DNA of 64,000 nucleotides from Rebecca billardiae RCC1528 (GCA_965240325.2 OZ251226.1:3038001-3102000); one strand, 5' to 3'; shown: positions 1-12,402, counted from the first letter of the stretch. Numbers and translations: made by a program. Notes: generated by a model not told the origin, from the letters alone.

Positions 1-2166
1 ACTGCTCAGACGACTGGCTACTGCTATCAGTATCTGCTGCGCTAGCTAGACTCTGTGCAGTCAGGCTCGACTCCGTGCTGGCGGCCCGTGCGCTGAGTGC
101 TGATAGCCTGGTCCAAACGCACTGGAGCACTTTCGGGGATTTTATCGCCAAATGAACGCGGGCCCCTAGGCACGCGCTCACACCCGGAAACAGCGTAACA
201 AATGGGCCCAGCCCGGGCGCAGCAAAAGTTTCGGCCTAAAAATCGCATCCGTGGCCCGTCGTGAGCGTGCGCGCGCGCGCCGCGGACAACTACGGACACA
301 TAGAGAATCGTCAGTCCGAATGTGGGTAAGTACTTAGCCTAAATGAGCCCAAACGCACGAACTTACTTATTGGCGTACGTCGAGGCGAGCATGAACCCTG
401 GTACAGGCCATTACGGGATGGGCTGTGGTCTGTGCACAAGTGGCCGTACTCAACTACTGCAAGATCGACTATATTACCCATTTATACCCGCATATTATGG
501 ACAATGTACCCGCATACGTATGAGTTCTGGACCTGCATAATTAAAATACCACTATGTCGTTACATATTCGCCATAGGTGGGTAGCTGTCCCAGGCTGCAC
601 GATTAGTGCGGCGCTCGGGGTGCAGTGGTCGGACGAGGCTCCGCCTGGCCTTCCGCGCACTCCTGCAGACAAGAAGAGGGCCGGACTCCCACCCGGCCAG
701 GCGTGCGGCAGTCGGTCAGGTGCTGGACCTGGTCTGGAGACCATCTCCTGCGTGGCAACTGGCCGATCTGCGGCACAACGCGCGCCGCCGTGAGCCACAC
801 GGCAGGTTCGCAATGGATCCGGATCGCGTGTCCATGGCGGCGTGCATCGAGTATTTCAAGCTGTCAAGTCGCGTGCCACGCCCGCCCTTTCACTTGGGGC
901 ATCAGTACTGCCTACAACGACGACATGTGCGTCCTTAGATGAGGCATAATCGCGATTCTAGCTGCCCGTCCAAGGGTCAGATCGCACGTCTTTGCTCGCC
1001 CGACAGCCTCAACGGCGGACTGGTGTGATCCGCGGGTGACGATGCGACCGCTTCGAGTGCGCCTACGGCCACCACCGGGGTGGGGATCGTTCATGGGCAC
1101 CCTCTGCGTGCCATGACATGCTCTGGCCTTGCGTGGTGACTTGGCCCACCGCGCGTAAACGGGAAAGACACCCGAGCACGTGCTTCCGAGCCACCCGAAT
1201 GGCACAATGTGCCACCCATGGACACCAAACACGTGCCAGAGCGCGAGCCTTGCGTGCTGGAGTAGCCGCACGACACCAAGGAAGACGTATGAGCGCTCTC
1301 AACCATCTTCAAGCGACGACTCCGTCGACTCTGCCTCGCAGACCGCGGTACGATCCTCGACCTTGTGCTCGCAGCAAAGGCCATGACGGTAAAGCAGCAC
1401 CCAGGCGATGGGAGTCAGCCGGCAGCCACTACACTGCGACTGTACACACCCAGCCCCGCAAGGCGAGCCATCCTGCTCGCCACCAGCCCGTCATACAGCT
1501 CCACGAGGAGCACAAATCGACAGCCGCCGCTCAGGACGACCCATGCGCAAACGTGACGGGACTGGCCGGATGAAGCGTTGGCGATGCGCAGCGCGCCCAA
1601 CGCTGGTGGTGGCATCGAGTACATGCTAGGGGTAGGCGGTGGCCCACACGAGCCGTCGCGTGGCCCGCATATTACCCGAGGTGGCCCGTCTCGAAGGCGC
1701 CGCGCAACCCAGCAGGTGAGCGTTCGACGCGCGCCGTCAGGCGAGAAGTCGACCTGGCGACGGACCGCGGGCGGCGGAAGCAACGCAGACATGTCGCTCA
1801 AGGTGTGCACGCACACCACCGGGGCACCCGAACGATGTGTCCAGCACTACACCTGACATGAGCGGCGCAGTCGTCCAGTCGAGGCTCTCGAGCCCCTTCC
1901 CGACCTTCGTCGCGGCGAGCCGTCGGACGGCCGGTGGCGATTTTTGACGAGCGCGACGAGCGACCGGAAAAATCGGGAGAAATCAGGCGCCCAAAATCCG
2001 AAAAGGCTTTTTCACTGGCGAAAATCGGGATGGACCAGGCTAGTGCTGATTGATGCCTCATTGATGCGGTCGAGTCGTCAGATGTCTGAGATGACGTCAA
2101 ATGGTCAATCGCGACTCAGTAATCGTCTGCGCGCTTATTATTCGTATCAGCTTCCATCATAGTAGA

Positions 2167-2168
<2 letters not shown>

Positions 2169-2235
<67 letters not shown>
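2169..2235. repeat. (TA)n microsatellite / AT island
   Basis: Uninterrupted ATATAT run of ~67 bp in otherwise GC-rich sequence. Confidence 0.97.
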
Positions 2236-2238
<3 letters not shown>

Positions 2239-2741
2239 ATAATTCATATATAGTAGTCCACTGAGTCCGTGCCAGTCCACTGTGACTAGCTACGGAATCT
2301 ACGGCGGACAGTACGGTATTCGGTAACGGTGCCCGCGGCGCCAGGCGGCCCGCCGAGGCCGAGGCCCTCCCAGGCCGGACGAGCCGGCGGACGCCATGCA
2401 GTGACAGGGAGGGATGCTGATCCGCTGACTGCCATGCAGTGCGGGCCGGCGAGTGTGGGCCGACGAAGAATCACACACACTTTTATTGCAGCGGTGCCCG
2501 GGCGGGCCGGGTACTCGCGGTACGGACTCGGTAAGCAGTATTGAGCGCGGCGGCCGCCGCGGTCACGGTGGCGGTTTAGGCACTGCTACAGTACAGTAGC
2601 TTGGGTGACGACGAAGGCGCCGCAGACACCATAAGGGTGGCGTGTCTCGCGGACGTGATGCGTGCAAGTCGCCCTTGGTCCCCATCAAACGTAAATCAGG
2701 GATTCTCGAATAGACCCGGGCCACACGTGGCCCGCCCGCGC

Positions 2742-3692
2742 CTACACCATGTGGGACCATGGCAGCTTCGCTCGGAGCCTGCGCGACAGGCCCGCCGTCG
2801 ACGATGGCCGCATCGGGGCGGGCGATTCATCCGCCAGCGAGCGCACCGCGAGCGCCTCGAGCTCGAGCATGGGCATGTGCGGCCGCACGGCGTGCAGCAT
2901 GGAGGCTGCTGCGCGGCTGTGCTCCTCCGCCGGGTGCTTCTGCGCGTACTCGCGCAGCGCTGGGAGCTCGACCGGCGAGCTGCCCACGCGAGCGGCGGGG
3001 TTGTCCTCGGAGCCGCCCGCCGAGCTCACCGGCGCGAGCGCCTCCGTGCCCAAGGGATGCGGCGCCTGCGTGCCCCAGCCATGCAGCGCCTGCGTGCCCC
3101 ACGCAGATTGTGCCTGCGTGCCCCAGCGCTGCTCCGCGCACGTGTCCTCCAGCAGCAGATCATCCGGCGAGTGGCTGGCGGGCGGCGAGTGCTGCGCGGG
3201 CGGCGACGCGCGCAGCTCGGCGCAGAGGCGGGCCATATCCGCGTGCACCTCGTCCGCGGCGCCGTCTCCCGCGCCCTTCCGCGGCAGATGCCGCTCCACC
3301 GCCTGCTGCGCGCTGTGCATGTCGGGCTCGGCCAGGTGCAGCAGTGCAAGCTGCCGCGCGGCGCTCGCGCGCACGTTGAGGGCGGCTTCGCGGACCTGCG
3401 CTGGGCACGCGCGCCACTCTGGTGCTGTGTGGAGCAGAGTGACGAAGGCGCAGTCCGCCTGCAGGTCCTCAGCACGCGGGCGCCACGTGCCGTCTGCACT
3501 GTCGGCGGGCATGGACCGGCCGTAGCTCAAGGCACCGTACAGCGCCCACAGGCGCAGGTCGAGGGGCCATTCGGAGCTGTCCTCGTCGCAGGGCGAGTGC
3601 AACCAGAGATGGTGCAGCGTGGATTGCGCCCCAACGCGCGATGCCATGGCCACCATCTGCATGTGCGCGGCGGCCTCCACCATCTCCGTCAT
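2742..3692 (-). CDS. Hypothetical protein (316 aa) with an internal 8-aa WGTQA repeat
   Basis: ATG-started ORF with protein-like composition. It starts 143 bp from the divergent GT49 ATG, the head-to-head spacing of real gene pairs here. A minus-strand AATAAA lies at 2482-2487 downstream of the stop. No family recognised. Confidence 0.55.
   Translation of the reverse strand: MTEMVEAAAHMQMVAMASRVGAQSTLHHLWLHSPCDEDSSEWPLDLRLWALYGALSYGRSMPADSADGTWRPRAEDLQADCAFVTLLHTAPEWRACPAQVREAALNVRASAARQLALLHLAEPDMHSAQQAVERHLPRKGAGDGAADEVHADMARLCAELRASPPAQHSPPASHSPDDLLLEDTCAEQRWGTQAQSAWGTQALHGWGTQAPHPLGTEALAPVSSAGGSEDNPAARVGSSPVELPALREYAQKHPAEEHSRAAASMLHAVRPHMPMLELEALAVRSLADESPAPMRPSSTAGLSRRLRAKLPWSHMV
3040..3127. 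repeat. 24-bp tandem repeat x4 (GCCTGCGTGCCC core) encoding WGTQAxxx on the minus strand
   Basis: Cores start at 3040, 3064, 3088 and 3112. Confidence 0.85.
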
Positions 3693-3835
3693 CGCGGTGT
3701 TGCCGTCGAAGTCCGAGCTGGCCGGCGATGCGGCGGGCGGGGCGACCGTGCGTTCAAAAGGCCGCGCGCGAGTGTAGAGTGCGCGACGTCAATTAACTAT
3801 TTTTCGGCCGGCCGTTGAGCAGACTAGCAAGCGCG

Positions 3836-5290
3836 ATGGCCGCCACCGCGGAGCGGTCCGCACGAGGAGCGATCACAAGGCCGAAGGACCGCACGCTCCT
3901 CGTGCGCTCGATCGGCCTAGTGATAGCAGTGGGCATTGTCCGTGGTCTGTACTATGCCGGCTCACCCACACTCGTGCCGCTCCGGCCCGCGCGGCGCATA
4001 CCTGCCACCCGCGAGGCGGCGCACTTCCAACGCGCGTTTGCGCAGCGAGCTGCCAGATCAGCACTTCGCACGGCGCGTGCAGACCCCAGGCAAGCGGTCG
4101 GGCGTGGCCCCGCCATCGGGACTAGCTCTGACACCGATCCCGCGGCTCCCACGCTGCCTAGTGCGCGCAACCACTCTGAGCCCGCCGCGGATCGGCGCGG
4201 AGGTGTGCGATTGCCCGATGCGTCCAGCCGAGACGGCGTCACGCTCGTGAGCCAGTGCAGCGCTGACCACACGCACAGCATACGCGCCATCGCGAAGCTG
4301 TGGAATGGGCCGATGTCCGTCGCCATCCACGCCAAGGGCGGCGCGCGATGGCGCGAGGGCGTCGGGCTCGGCGCGGCGCTGCCGCTCAAGCTGCTCGACG
4401 GGCTGCAGCCGCAGCGGCTCGCCATCGTGCACGTGGAGAGCAAGGACGTGCGCGTGGACGGGCACACGCCGGGCTCGTACCCGATCAACGCGCTGCGCAA
4501 CGCCGCGATCCAGCGCGCGCGCACGTCGCACGTCTTCATCTGCGACATCGACTTCCTGCCCTCCGAGGGGCTGTACGGCCAGCTGCTCGGGCTGGTGCTC
4601 GGACGGACCGTGGGCGGCGCCGCGCAGGGGATGCTGGGCGCGGAGCGGCTGAGGCCGGAGGAGCAGGCGACGATGGCCGGACGGAGAGTCGCCGTCGTCG
4701 TGCCCGCGTTCCGCCTCAAGGGCAAGTGCCGCGAGCCCTCCGGCTCGGCCGGGGCGGCGCTCTCGGGGCCGGCGCGCTCGCGTATGCAGCTCAAGTGCTT
4801 TGAGCACTACCAGCCGCGCGTGCCGCGCCACTATGAGGCGCTCAAGCGCTGCCTCGAGGCCGGCTGGTGCGAGACGTTCTGCCCCAACTGCCACACGCAC
4901 GGCTCGACCGACTACACCGCGTGGTGGGCCCAGCGCGCGCTGCTCCGCCGCGTCACGTGCTTCGACTCGATGCGGTACGAGCCGTACGTGCTCGTGGAGC
5001 GGCACGCGCAGCTGCCGCCCTTCGACGAGCACTACTTCGGGTACGGCAAGAACAAGATCCAGTGGATCGCGCACCTGCAGTACGCGGGGTACGAGTTCCA
5101 CGTGGTGAAGGAGGGGTTCGTCATCCACGTGCCGCACTACCCATCCGTCGACAAGGACGAGTGGAACCAGGCGATGCGCGACATGCCGCACGTGACGGTC
5201 GACTGGCACGTGCGCTTCCTGCGCTTCCTGCGCAAGTCGTACCCCAACTACACGCTGCCGCGCTGCGCGCAGTTCTACGAGTTCTTGTAG
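3836..5290 (+). CDS. GT49-family glycosyltransferase (LARGE/B4GAT1-like glucuronyltransferase domain), type II membrane protein
   Basis: N-terminal TM (IGLVIAVGIV), then VTLVSQ, W-NGPMSVA, YPINALRNAA, DxD motif (ICDIDFLPS), VVVPAF, YEPYVLV, PPFDEHYFGYGKNK and FVIHVPH. Intronless, ATG at 3836. Confidence 0.9.
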   Translation: MAATAERSARGAITRPKDRTLLVRSIGLVIAVGIVRGLYYAGSPTLVPLRPARRIPATREAAHFQRAFAQRAARSALRTARADPRQAVGRGPAIGTSSDTDPAAPTLPSARNHSEPAADRRGGVRLPDASSRDGVTLVSQCSADHTHSIRAIAKLWNGPMSVAIHAKGGARWREGVGLGAALPLKLLDGLQPQRLAIVHVESKDVRVDGHTPGSYPINALRNAAIQRARTSHVFICDIDFLPSEGLYGQLLGLVLGRTVGGAAQGMLGAERLRPEEQATMAGRRVAVVVPAFRLKGKCREPSGSAGAALSGPARSRMQLKCFEHYQPRVPRHYEALKRCLEAGWCETFCPNCHTHGSTDYTAWWAQRALLRRVTCFDSMRYEPYVLVERHAQLPPFDEHYFGYGKNKIQWIAHLQYAGYEFHVVKEGFVIHVPHYPSVDKDEWNQAMRDMPHVTVDWHVRFLRFLRKSYPNYTLPRCAQFYEFL

Positions 5291-5634
5291 CCTGCCCCGG
5301 CGCTGGGCGCATGCACTGCGGCTGTGCAGGGCGCCAGGGCCCGATGCGCGATAGGAGGGCGGGCGCCGATCCGCCGCGTAGCTGGCGCGACTGCTCGTGT
5401 CTGTCCACGACTCGTGATCGACTGATCGACTTCGAGAAGCTGCGTCAATGGGCAATGGCAATGACAACGAGTCACAACGACCTGCATATTATTGACATAT
5501 TGTCTCTGCTCGTCGACGACGAAATAATGTCGCGTGATCATATCAGCAGCATCAGACGATATCATCATCACAATAAAATAATATATATAATTATTCACAG
5601 TAAAGAAATCGATTTTCGGCGTTACCGTATTATA

Positions 5635-6695
5635 CTGCAGTCATGTTCGATGTTGTAACCCAGTGCCACTGTGTCCTTCTGTGGGGCCTTCTGAGTCTGA
5701 TCAGGTTGCACCCCCCCCCCCCTGCAGCGTCTGGCGCCCCGAGGTGGTAGCACCCCCCCCCCTGCACCGGAAGTCCGGGGGCGCCAGCCCCCGGACCCAC
5801 AGCGGGGGGTCCGGGGGGCCTCCCCCGGGGCGGCCCGAGGCGAAGAAATTTTTTGGCCCTTTTTGGCGTGTTTTCTATGAGGACAGCATAGCCGAAGGCG
5901 CGCGCTCGATCGAGACGATGGCGGCGCTGGATTCCCCCGCGGCCCCCGGCGCCCGGCCAAGCGTGCGTTGTGCGCGTACGTGCAACGGAGAGCGCTGGTG
6001 GGCTGGCAGCGCGCTGGCACGCCACGTGCCTTCGTGCTACGGTCCGTGCTCAATCCAACCGCGACGGCAGGCGGACGCGGTGGCGCGGCGTCCGCGCCGC
6101 TCCCGGTTGCTGGCTTGGTCAGCCCAGAGCGCAACCGGTTGCGCTCGCCACGCGGTGGCATGGTGGCCGAGCTTGCGGGCCGGCGAGGGGCGTCTGCTTC
6201 GGCGGAGTAGGTGCGTCGCGAGCAGCGACGCGCCGACCGCCCTAGGCAGGGTGCCGCTCGTGCAGTCGGCGGCCGAGTCCCAGTCGGGAGTGACGAGCGT
6301 CCGAGCAGTCCGTAGACGTCACGGTCGGCCGCGCCGACACGAGTCACGCGCGGTGCGCTCGGCGCGATGGCCCCCGCTTAGGCGGATATCATGAGATGGC
6401 GGATGGGTGATGAAGACTACTGCTATGAAGGCCAGTCATTGCGCCGCAGGCGCGCTCTGCAGAGCTCTGGGACCACTTCCTGCACTGCGACGGCCTGCCC
6501 GGGCCCGCGGCGCGCGCCTGCCGCAGCACCCAATGGGCCTGCTCAATCGGGGTGCGAGCACCCCCCCCCCTGCAGCCCGCCAGCCTGAGCTTGAGCAGGT
6601 TGCACCCCCCCCCCCTGCTGCCCATCAGCCCTTCGAGCAGGGTGCACCCCCCCCCCACAGAAGGACATGGGGGGGGTGCTTCAACATGACTGCAG
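5635..6695. mobile_element. Non-autonomous DNA transposon (~1.06 kb) with TA target duplication and bipartite TIRs (Tc1/mariner-like)
   Basis: TA|CTGCAGTCATGTT (5633-5647) is the inverse of AACATGACTGCAG|TA (6683-6697). An inner 15-bp IR TGTCCTTCTGTGGGG (5672-5686) pairs with CCCCACAGAAGGACA (6653-6667). Several GCACCCCCCCC motifs lie near both ends. Confidence 0.75.
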
Positions 6696-7647
6696 TACAG
6701 TTTACTATGTTTTAACGTGCACACTTGGTTAAGGCGTGATTGACGCCATCCAACACATAACCCGTCCGCACTTCCGCCCAGTGGGGATGCGCTGGAATTT
6801 TTTTCATGCCCCGTTCGCGGCACTTCGCGCCGCCACAGTGGAGAAAGATCGGGCCGGAAGCCGTTTGAGCATGGTCGGTCGTGCGCACGCCCATTCGAAT
6901 CGATGGCGCGCTCCGAGCGGCGGGCGTGCGCGCATGACTGCCGCGAGGGGGGCTGCGAGGCGTCGGCCGGCTTGCCAAGGCGGTTCCCTGGGGCGGCGTC
7001 ACCCTCCCCCGCCCCTCCTCGCCCACCCTCGCCCCACGGGCGGCCACACGTGACCTGTTGAGATGAGTTCACGGGAGCCGCACGGCACGCGCGCGGAGAG
7101 GCGAGGAAGTGGTGTTTCGCGGAAAAACGCTCTATAGCATTGTGCTCAACTCATGTGGGCACCCGCTCCACAAGTTTGTACGCTTTCAAACCGCACACAG
7201 CGGCCTGAGCAGCTCCCAGACTGAGTTTCGCTCTTGAAGCCTGTTTTGGGGCCAGATCTTGGTGTGGATGTAGCGCGGCGAGGAGGCGCCGGGCGCGCGC
7301 CCGAGCTGCGTGCTGCCACTCGCCATGACCCATAGGCATCGTCCGTCGCGAACGACCCGGCTCGCCTCGACCTCTCCGACCCGCCGGGCAGCCACGACCG
7401 AGCACGGCACGACAATGGCCAAACCGGGAGGCTTCTCAGACCGCGTGGGATGGGCATAGGCGCGAGAGAGGGCGCCCAGCGCGCTCTTGAGATGCACAGG
7501 AGCACGCACTGATGCGTATGGAACCATCCCATCACGATCGCCCCGACCTAGCGCGCCCTATCTGGCCCGTCAGGCTGCCCGCGCCGCCGCCGCCGCGCCA
7601 CGCCGCCGCCCAGGGCGCCGCCGCACCGCGGGCACATGGGTAAGTCC

Positions 7648-7943
7648 GTATTCAACAAATACAGAATTTCCGGTGCGGCCCTCTTTTGGGCGGCAAGGTC
7701 GGCCTGGTCGACACCTGCCGCGCGGCATGGGCCACGGCGCGGCGAGGTGGCGGCTGGCGCACCGCGGCGTGGGCGGGATGGCTCGAGGACACCACCGCCC
7801 CGCCTCCCAAGCCGCGCCGTGCGCGTGCGCCGTGCTCTCGTCGCGTACCGAATTTCCTGCGGTGAGCGACGTCACACAGCGCGACCATGCCATCGCGCGA
7901 CGAGGTGCGTTCAGCTCGGCGATTTGTCGTATTTGTTGAATAC
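7648..7943. mobile_element. Putative MITE (~296 bp) with a 15-bp perfect inverted repeat
   Basis: GTATTCAACAAATAC (7648-7662) and GTATTTGTTGAATAC (7929-7943). It can also be read as a 12-bp TIR with TA duplication. Confidence 0.55.
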
Positions 7944-8971
7944 ATGCGGGTACGAATCAGCCGCAAGATCGCCGTCGATGGCGAGACTCGCATCGCCAGA
8001 GAGGGCGCGCGCGGCGTGGACTGGCACGCGACGCGGAGATGGCGGGCGCGGTGCCGCGGGCGCGCGACTGGTCTAGAACATCTCAATGAAGCGCGGGACG
8101 GCGCTGCGCGCCTGTGCTCGCCGCCGTCTCCTCGCAGTCGAAAATATCTGTGCACCCTTCTGTCTCGGGCTAGTCGACCGGCCGGCACGCGGCACGCGAG
8201 CAGTGTGTGTGGGGAGGAGTGTGACATGGCAGGCTGTGGCGAGGTGGATGGCCGTGCAGGTCTACGCTAGGAAGGGCCGCTCCCGCGCTCGCGCGGTGCC
8301 TCGCGCACGCCTCGTCGAGGACGAGCGTGTTTGAATGGCTCCGGAGAAGGCTTACGATCGCTCGTTGATACTTGATGGGCAGCGCGCGACACGTGCACAC
8401 GACGAAGGTGACGACCAGGCACTCCGGCGAGGGCGGCTGTGCTGGTAGCAGACTGCATTCGGAGTAAGATGCGCCATCTTACGCGCCGCTTCGCCTCGCT
8501 GCATCGCCGCACTGAGCAGCAGGGCTCCACGCTCACGAATGGCTCACCACGAGCTACGTGACCGGCCAGCCGCGACCCGCGTGCAACCCGGCGAGGCAGA
8601 GAGGGGCGGAGGGATGGGGAGGCTGGGTGGGATTTTGCAGTCCCATGCCCGGGGCACTCGCTAGGCGCCTGCGCGACCACCGTAGCGTCGTCTGTGCGCT
8701 CGTGCGGCCCGCGCGAGAAATTCCCCGAAAATCGGCTCGTGTCGGACGGGTTACGGTAACGATAATCCCGTTTTTGCTGTTCACTGTGTTATTAATAACT
8801 ATATCGTCCTTGATGTGAGTTGATGTCTGTACGACTGTTGTCAGAATGTCAGCGCACGCTGCGCACGCAGCCGGTATTCTCCAGCAGACTCTGCTGATGT
8901 CTAGCCGATGAAACGCGATGAGAGTGTGATGATGACGCGGATGATCGCCAGCGGCGCACTGCTAAGGCGAC

Positions 8972-10776
8972 TCAAGGCTCGTCCGCGGCGATGTCCGCCG
9001 CTCCGCCCGTCGCAGGCTCGGCCAACATTGTGCCCGCATCGCCTGCGCCCTCAACTGCGCTAAGGAGGAGGTCGGAAGGCTGCGTCGGCGTGCCGCCCTC
9101 GGCCCCGTCTGCCCCAGCACCCGCGATCGGATTGGCATTGCCACCGCCACCGTCCATCTCGAGCCTCGCTTGCTCGTAGCTGAAGGTGCCGCCCGGTGCG
9201 GCGGCGTCTGCCATGGCATCGTCGGCGCCGGCGCTGCCGCTTGCGTCGCCGCCGCCCGCGGCCGCCGCTCCCTCAGCCCCGGCGGGCTCGGCGGCGGCGG
9301 GGCGCTTGCCGAGCCGCTCAAACACGGAGACGCCCGTGGCACGCCGCTTGGCGGCCGGCGCGGGCTGATCGCCCTCGTCCGCACGCGCCGGATCGAGCGA
9401 GGCGGCGGCGGCGGGCGCACCGTCCTGAGCGCCGTCCATCGGCGCATCGCCGTCTGCGCCGTCAGCCGCACTCGGCGGCTCGCGCTCCGTGCGCTTGCCC
9501 AGCTTGGTGCGCAGGTCCGGAGGCGGCGTGCCGAGCGCCACGAGCAGCTTGCGCGGCTCAGACGGCCGCAGCGCGCGTGCCGAGCGCCCAGCGCCGCGCC
9601 CACCGCGCCCGCCGCGCCCGCGGCGCGAGCGCTCCGTCTCGCCGTACCAGCGCGAGGGCTTGCGCACCTCCGGCTTGTGGTCCTGCTCGGACGAGAGCCT
9701 GAAGAGGAGCTGCAGGCCCTTGCCCGCCGCCGAGCGCTCGTCGGGGAGCGTGCGCCAGGAGAGCATGGCGCGCACCGCCTCGGGGTCGCGCACGCCGCCG
9801 TCCGGGCCGGGCGCGCCGTCGGTGATCATCGACTCGTCCTCCTGCGCGCTCCACAGCGCGACGGTCGCGCCTTCGAGGGCCGCGCTCGCCGCCGCGCCGC
9901 TCTCGAAGACGACGTTGGCGGACGAGTCGTTGATCCACTCGACCCACTGCGGCGAGTGCGTCATGAAGAGCAGCAGCAGCTCGTTCGTGCTCATCTTATC
10001 CGTGCCGTACACGTAGATGCTCTCGGGCCGAGGCGTCTCGGTGGATGCGGCCGTGCGCCGCTTCTCCCAGTACGCCTTCGCGCCCGCACGGAGCTCGATC
10101 ACCTCGAGCGGGTCGGGCTGCTGCATCTCGAAGCGGCGGGCGCGCTCCTGCAGCACCGCGAGCTCGTCCTGCGCGGCGCGTGCGGGGTGGGGGCGCCGAT
10201 CGCAGCCGTCAGAGACGCGCGGGGACAGGCGGCGTGAGCGCGCGCTGGCGGGGCGCGGCGCGCGCTGCGCCGGCCGGCATGCACCTTGTTCACGAGGGGC
10301 ATCGCGGGGGCGGCGGGGGGCTCGGGCTCGGGCTCATCGAGGCCGAACTTCTTCATCCGCTCCTCGCGCTTCTTCGACACCTTCTGCTCCTCCGATAGCC
10401 CGAACTTCTCCGCGCGCGCCTCGCGGCGCTTCAGCTCCTCGGGATCGGTCGGGTCGATGCCCGCCGCGGCCACCGTGCCGTCGGGCTCGAGCGTGCGGCG
10501 AATGATCTTGCGCTGGCCGACGCGAGGGACACCGTCCTCCACATCCATCCCCGCCTCGGCCGTCTGCTCCTCCATGCCCGCATCGGTGCCCTCTGTGCCC
10601 GCGGGCTGGTTGGCGCGGCGGCGAAAGTGCTCCTCCCCCGCATCGTCGTCAACATCTACGTCGTCGTCACCCGCCGGGTCGGCGAGCGCCTCCGGCGCGC
10701 CCGCAGCCGGCGCATTAGGAACGTCCTCGTTCAGCAGGGCCTCCTGCTGCGCAAGCTCGTCGTCCACCGAGAGCAT
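8972..10776 (-). CDS. NCBP3: Nuclear cap-binding protein subunit 3-like; exons 10776-10285 and 10168-8972
   Basis: Conserved RPESIYVYGTDKMSTNELL...WVEWINDSSANVVF segment preceded by RAEKFG/RMKKFG/RARRF repeats. A GT..CAG intron (10284-10169) joins the frames. Confidence 0.85.
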
Positions 10777-10924
10777 ACTCGGCACGGTGCTCACGGCCCA
10801 AGCGCCCGCAGCGCGCGATCGTTCGCGCTCGCGGCCAGTGCCACCGCGCCCGGACGCGGCAAGACGCCCAGGCTGCAGGCAGGACTTGCTGGCGCTTTCC
10901 CGCCGCCGCGGGCCCACCGCCAGC

Positions 10925-12402
10925 ATGTCGTTCTTCTCCTCGTCGAGCTCGGGTGGGCGATTTGACGCCAACAAGTGCAAGGTGCACCTGAAGATGCTCG
11001 TGAACCGCTTCAAGCTACTCGAGGCGAAGAAGGCCAACCTGAATAAGCAGGCCAACCGCGAAGTTGCCGCTCTGCTGCGCGCGGGCAAGTCCGAGTCAGC
11101 ACGCATCCAGGTTTGCGCGCGCGCGCAGGCTGCCGGCAAACACGTGGAGCGCCAGCGCGCCGGCGCGCCCTCCGCAGCCCACACTCGCACCCCCGCTGCC
11201 CATGCTACCCGCCCCAGGTGGAGCACATCATCCGCGAGGACTACACGGTGGAGGCGTACGAGGTGCTGCGCTCGCACTCCGAGCTGCTGCTCGCGCGCTT
11301 CAGCGTGGTGATCAACGAGGCCGAGCCGCGCAAGGAGGTGCAGGAGTCGCTGTGCACGCTGATCTACGCCGGCTGGTTGCTCGGCAGCGAGATCCCCGAG
11401 CTGCGCGTGCTGCACGAGCAGCTGATGACCAAGTACGGCAAGCCGTTTGCCGACGAGGTCACGCGCAACTCGTCGCTGTACATCAACCCGCGCGTGCTGC
11501 ACAAGCTCAACCACGACATCCCGGACCGCGCGCTGGTCGACGTGTACCTGACCGAGATCGCTCGGGCGCATCGCGTCGACTGGTCACCGGCGGAGCCGAC
11601 CGCCGAGCTCGGCTCGAGCGTGCCCGCCCCGATCGAGCTCTCTGAGCTGCGGCCGCCGCCCAGCGCTTCGGAGCTCGACGCCGCCGCGGACGCGAATGCC
11701 GCACCCGATGCCGGGACGGGCGATGGAGACGCACGCTTTGAAAGCGGGGCTCCGGTGGCCCCACCGGCTGCACCGCTCCTGCCCCTGCCAGACGAGAACA
11801 GCGGTGGCCCGGGGCCGCCGCCCAGCGACGAGCAGCCGAGTGCCGGCCTCCCCACGCCACAGGGGGCGCCTGCGGAGGCTGCGGACAGCGCGGCTGCGGC
11901 TGCGGCTGCGGCTGCGGCTGCGGCTGCAGAGCGCGCGGCAGCTGACCCGGCGGCACCAGCGGCGGCGGCAGTGAGGCCCTCTGGCGCCCCTGCCGTAGCG
12001 GCGGCAACCGATGCACCGGCGCAGGACGACTCCGCCCACACGCCGCAGCCAACCCCGCCGTCCCAGCCGTCGCCGCTGCTGCCTCAAGCTGTGGTGACTG
12101 CTACCACCCCGCCTCTCGCAGCCCCGGCCGCCGCCGCACGTGTGCGCGCGGTCCCCACACAGGCTGCACCTGCGGCTGCGGCGCCATCCTGCCGGCGTGG
12201 CGCCGACAGTGAGCCGCTCTCAGCGCGGCCTGGCGGGGCCGCCACAGCGAGTAGCGGCGCGCCTGCCGCACCGCCGGCCAGGCATCATGCAGCACCACCG
12301 CCATCGTCGGGCCCGCCGCCTGTCGTCGCCACGTCGCCTGCGAAGCCCGCGGATGCAGACGAGGAGCTCCTGAAGCGACTCGCAGCGCTCAAGAGTCGGT
12401 GA
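10925..12402 (+). CDS. IST1: IST1 homolog (ESCRT-III-associated Vps4 regulator); exons 10925-11110 and 11218-12402
   Basis: KCKVHLKMLVNRFKLLE..REVAALLRAGKSESARIQ|VEHIIRED..ELLLARF, EIPELRVLHEQLMTKYGKPF, YLTEIA, and C-terminal MIM-like DEELLKRLAALKSR. Canonical intron 11111-11217. Confidence 0.92.

Noticed and set aside
880-945. AYNDD motif suggesting a reverse transcriptase remnant
   Set aside because: Single short motif followed by a stop, with no convincing flanking RT motifs.
3040-3127. CRISPR-like repeat-spacer pattern
   Set aside because: Period is only 24 bp, it is in frame within an ORF, the context is eukaryotic and there are no cas genes.
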